In this document: in pieces, positions 59,115 to 60,320 of the stretch
How the letters are laid out: each line of letters starts with the position of its first letter
Position numbering within the stretch: the first letter of the stretch is position 1
Assembly (NCBI GenBank): GCA_017881315.1
Contig: JADGRB010000003.1
Coordinates: forward strand, 1-60,320
Source of the DNA: Pseudomonadota bacterium
GTDB lineage: Bacteria; Myxococcota_A; Polyangia; Fen-1088
Direction: 5' to 3'
DNA length: 60,320 bases
The notes under the pieces: generated by a model
What the model was told of the DNA's origin: nothing
What the model saw: only the letters and a program-made list of their open reading frames with translations
Database searches by the model: none
Translations under genes and position numbers: made by a program

Positions 59115-60286
59115 GGCGGGAACTCGGCAGGGGGTTGCGTTGTCTCTTGGTGGTGGCCCTGGCGACGGCGACCCTGAGCGTCCCGCGGGCGGCGCACGCC
59201 CGCCGCGAGCCGCCGCCGCCGGTCATCCCGACCGCCGAGACCCAGCAGGCCGAGCAGCTCTTCAAGGCCGGTCGTTATCCCGACGCGGTGACCGCCGCCA
59301 AGGCAGCGCTCACCAAGAACGAGCGCTACACGCCGGCCATGCTGATCATGGCCAAGTCCTTCTACAAGCTCCACAAGTACGAGTGGATGAAGAAGCTGTG
59401 GGAGATGATGCAGGCCAACGGCGCCTCCAACGCCGAAAAGTCGGAGATCTACCAGCTGCTCGCGTTCCTCGAGATCGACTCCAAGAACGTGCCGGGGGCG
59501 ATCGCGCTCTTCAAGCAGGCGGCGGAAGCCAAGCCGGACGACGCCGCCATCTGGAGCAACCTGGGCGCCGAGTACCTAACCGCCAAGAACTACACCGAGG
59601 CCAAACCCGTGCTGGAGAAGGCGACCCAGCTGCAGCCCGGATTCGCCAAGGGCCACCTGAACCTGGGCGATGCCTACCGCGGCGACAAGGATTACGAAAA
59701 AGCGCAGGCCGAGTATCAGAAGGCCCTACAGCTCTTCCCCAATTATGCCGACGCGGTGTTCAACCTCGGCATCCTCTACCTGGACGCGGACAAGATGCCG
59801 AACATGGATCTTTTCGCCAAGGAGAACACCGCGATTCAGTATCTGCAGCGCTACAAGCAGATGATGGGTGGGACGCTGGCCGTGTCCGATCCGGCGGAGG
59901 GCTACATCGCGGAGGCCCAGGACAAGATCAAGAAAGAGGAGAAGCGGCTCGACCGACTCAAGAAGCAGCAGGAGCGCGAGACCGCCCGCGCCGCCAAGAA
60001 GGCCGCCGACGACGCCAAAAAAGCGGCCGCGGGGACTCCCCCCGCTGGCGCGCCCGCACCCGACGGAGCTCCGGCGCCCGGCAAGGCGCCGGCCTCCGAC
60101 GGAGCGCCAGCGTCTGGCAAGCTTCCAGCCCGCCCGGCTCGCGGGTCAGGCGCCACCGCCGCGCCACCCGCCGGGGATGTTGCGCCTGCGCCTCCCGCGC
60201 CCGCACCGGCCGCGCCCGCACCGGCCGCGCCGGCACCGGCCGCGCCGTCGGTCCAACCCGCTCCGCCCGCACCCCCCAAGAACTGA
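59111..60286 (+). CDS. Exported TPR protein (GltE/AglT-like) with Pro/Ala tail
   Basis: Signal peptide, TPRs WSNLG, HLNLGDAY, VFNLGILYLD; ATGA overlap. Confidence 0.72.
   Translation: MRRELGRGLRCLLVVALATATLSVPRAAHARREPPPPVIPTAETQQAEQLFKAGRYPDAVTAAKAALTKNERYTPAMLIMAKSFYKLHKYEWMKKLWEMMQANGASNAEKSEIYQLLAFLEIDSKNVPGAIALFKQAAEAKPDDAAIWSNLGAEYLTAKNYTEAKPVLEKATQLQPGFAKGHLNLGDAYRGDKDYEKAQAEYQKALQLFPNYADAVFNLGILYLDADKMPNMDLFAKENTAIQYLQRYKQMMGGTLAVSDPAEGYIAEAQDKIKKEEKRLDRLKKQQERETARAAKKAADDAKKAAAGTPPAGAPAPDGAPAPGKAPASDGAPASGKLPARPARGSGATAAPPAGDVAPAPPAPAPAAPAPAAPAPAAPSVQPAPPAPPKN
60195..60247 (+). repeat. 15-bp coding tandem repeat (APAPA)
   Basis: CCGCGCCCGCACCGG, about 3.5 units. Confidence 0.85.
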
Positions 60287-60320
60287 TCATCGACCAAATC
60301 ATCATGGATCCCCGATCTAA

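Noticed and set aside
60304-60320. Possible start of the next (gltF-like) gene
   Set aside because: Only five codons are visible, too few to support a call.

Overview
High-GC chromosomal segment, most likely from a Myxococcota (myxobacterial) genome, inferred from a Hanks kinase, a Pph1-like PP2C, a MYXO-CTERM-like tail and Glt-like TPR genes. It is mostly core genome: an isc operon (iscS-iscU-iscA-hscB-hscA-fdx), gatCAB, rplU-rpmA-obgE, bioB, ddl, ugd, trmL, an RsuA-family enzyme, sspB, a MazF-type toxin-antitoxin pair and the start of a Glt/Nfs-like envelope operon. I saw no rRNA, tRNA or CRISPR array. The main observations are: (1) the isc operon is headed by a translationally coupled MerR-family regulator with a CxxC-x8-CxxC tail instead of IscR, and a 22-bp dyad overlaps its transcription start, making it a candidate undescribed Fe-S homeostasis regulator; (2) an intact but catalytically degenerate IS21 IstA-derived ORF without istB, a possible domesticated transposase; (3) other apparent pseudoenzymes, including a ferritin-like protein lacking di-iron ligands and a degenerate cytidylyltransferase fused to an AEP-transaminase-like domain; (4) a three-copy structured intergenic repeat with compensatory base changes; (5) many apparently leaderless genes; (6) a probable CTG start in a CTGA overlap; (7) bioB coupled to a fatty acid desaturase. 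All family assignments come from motif recognition by eye; no database searches were run.
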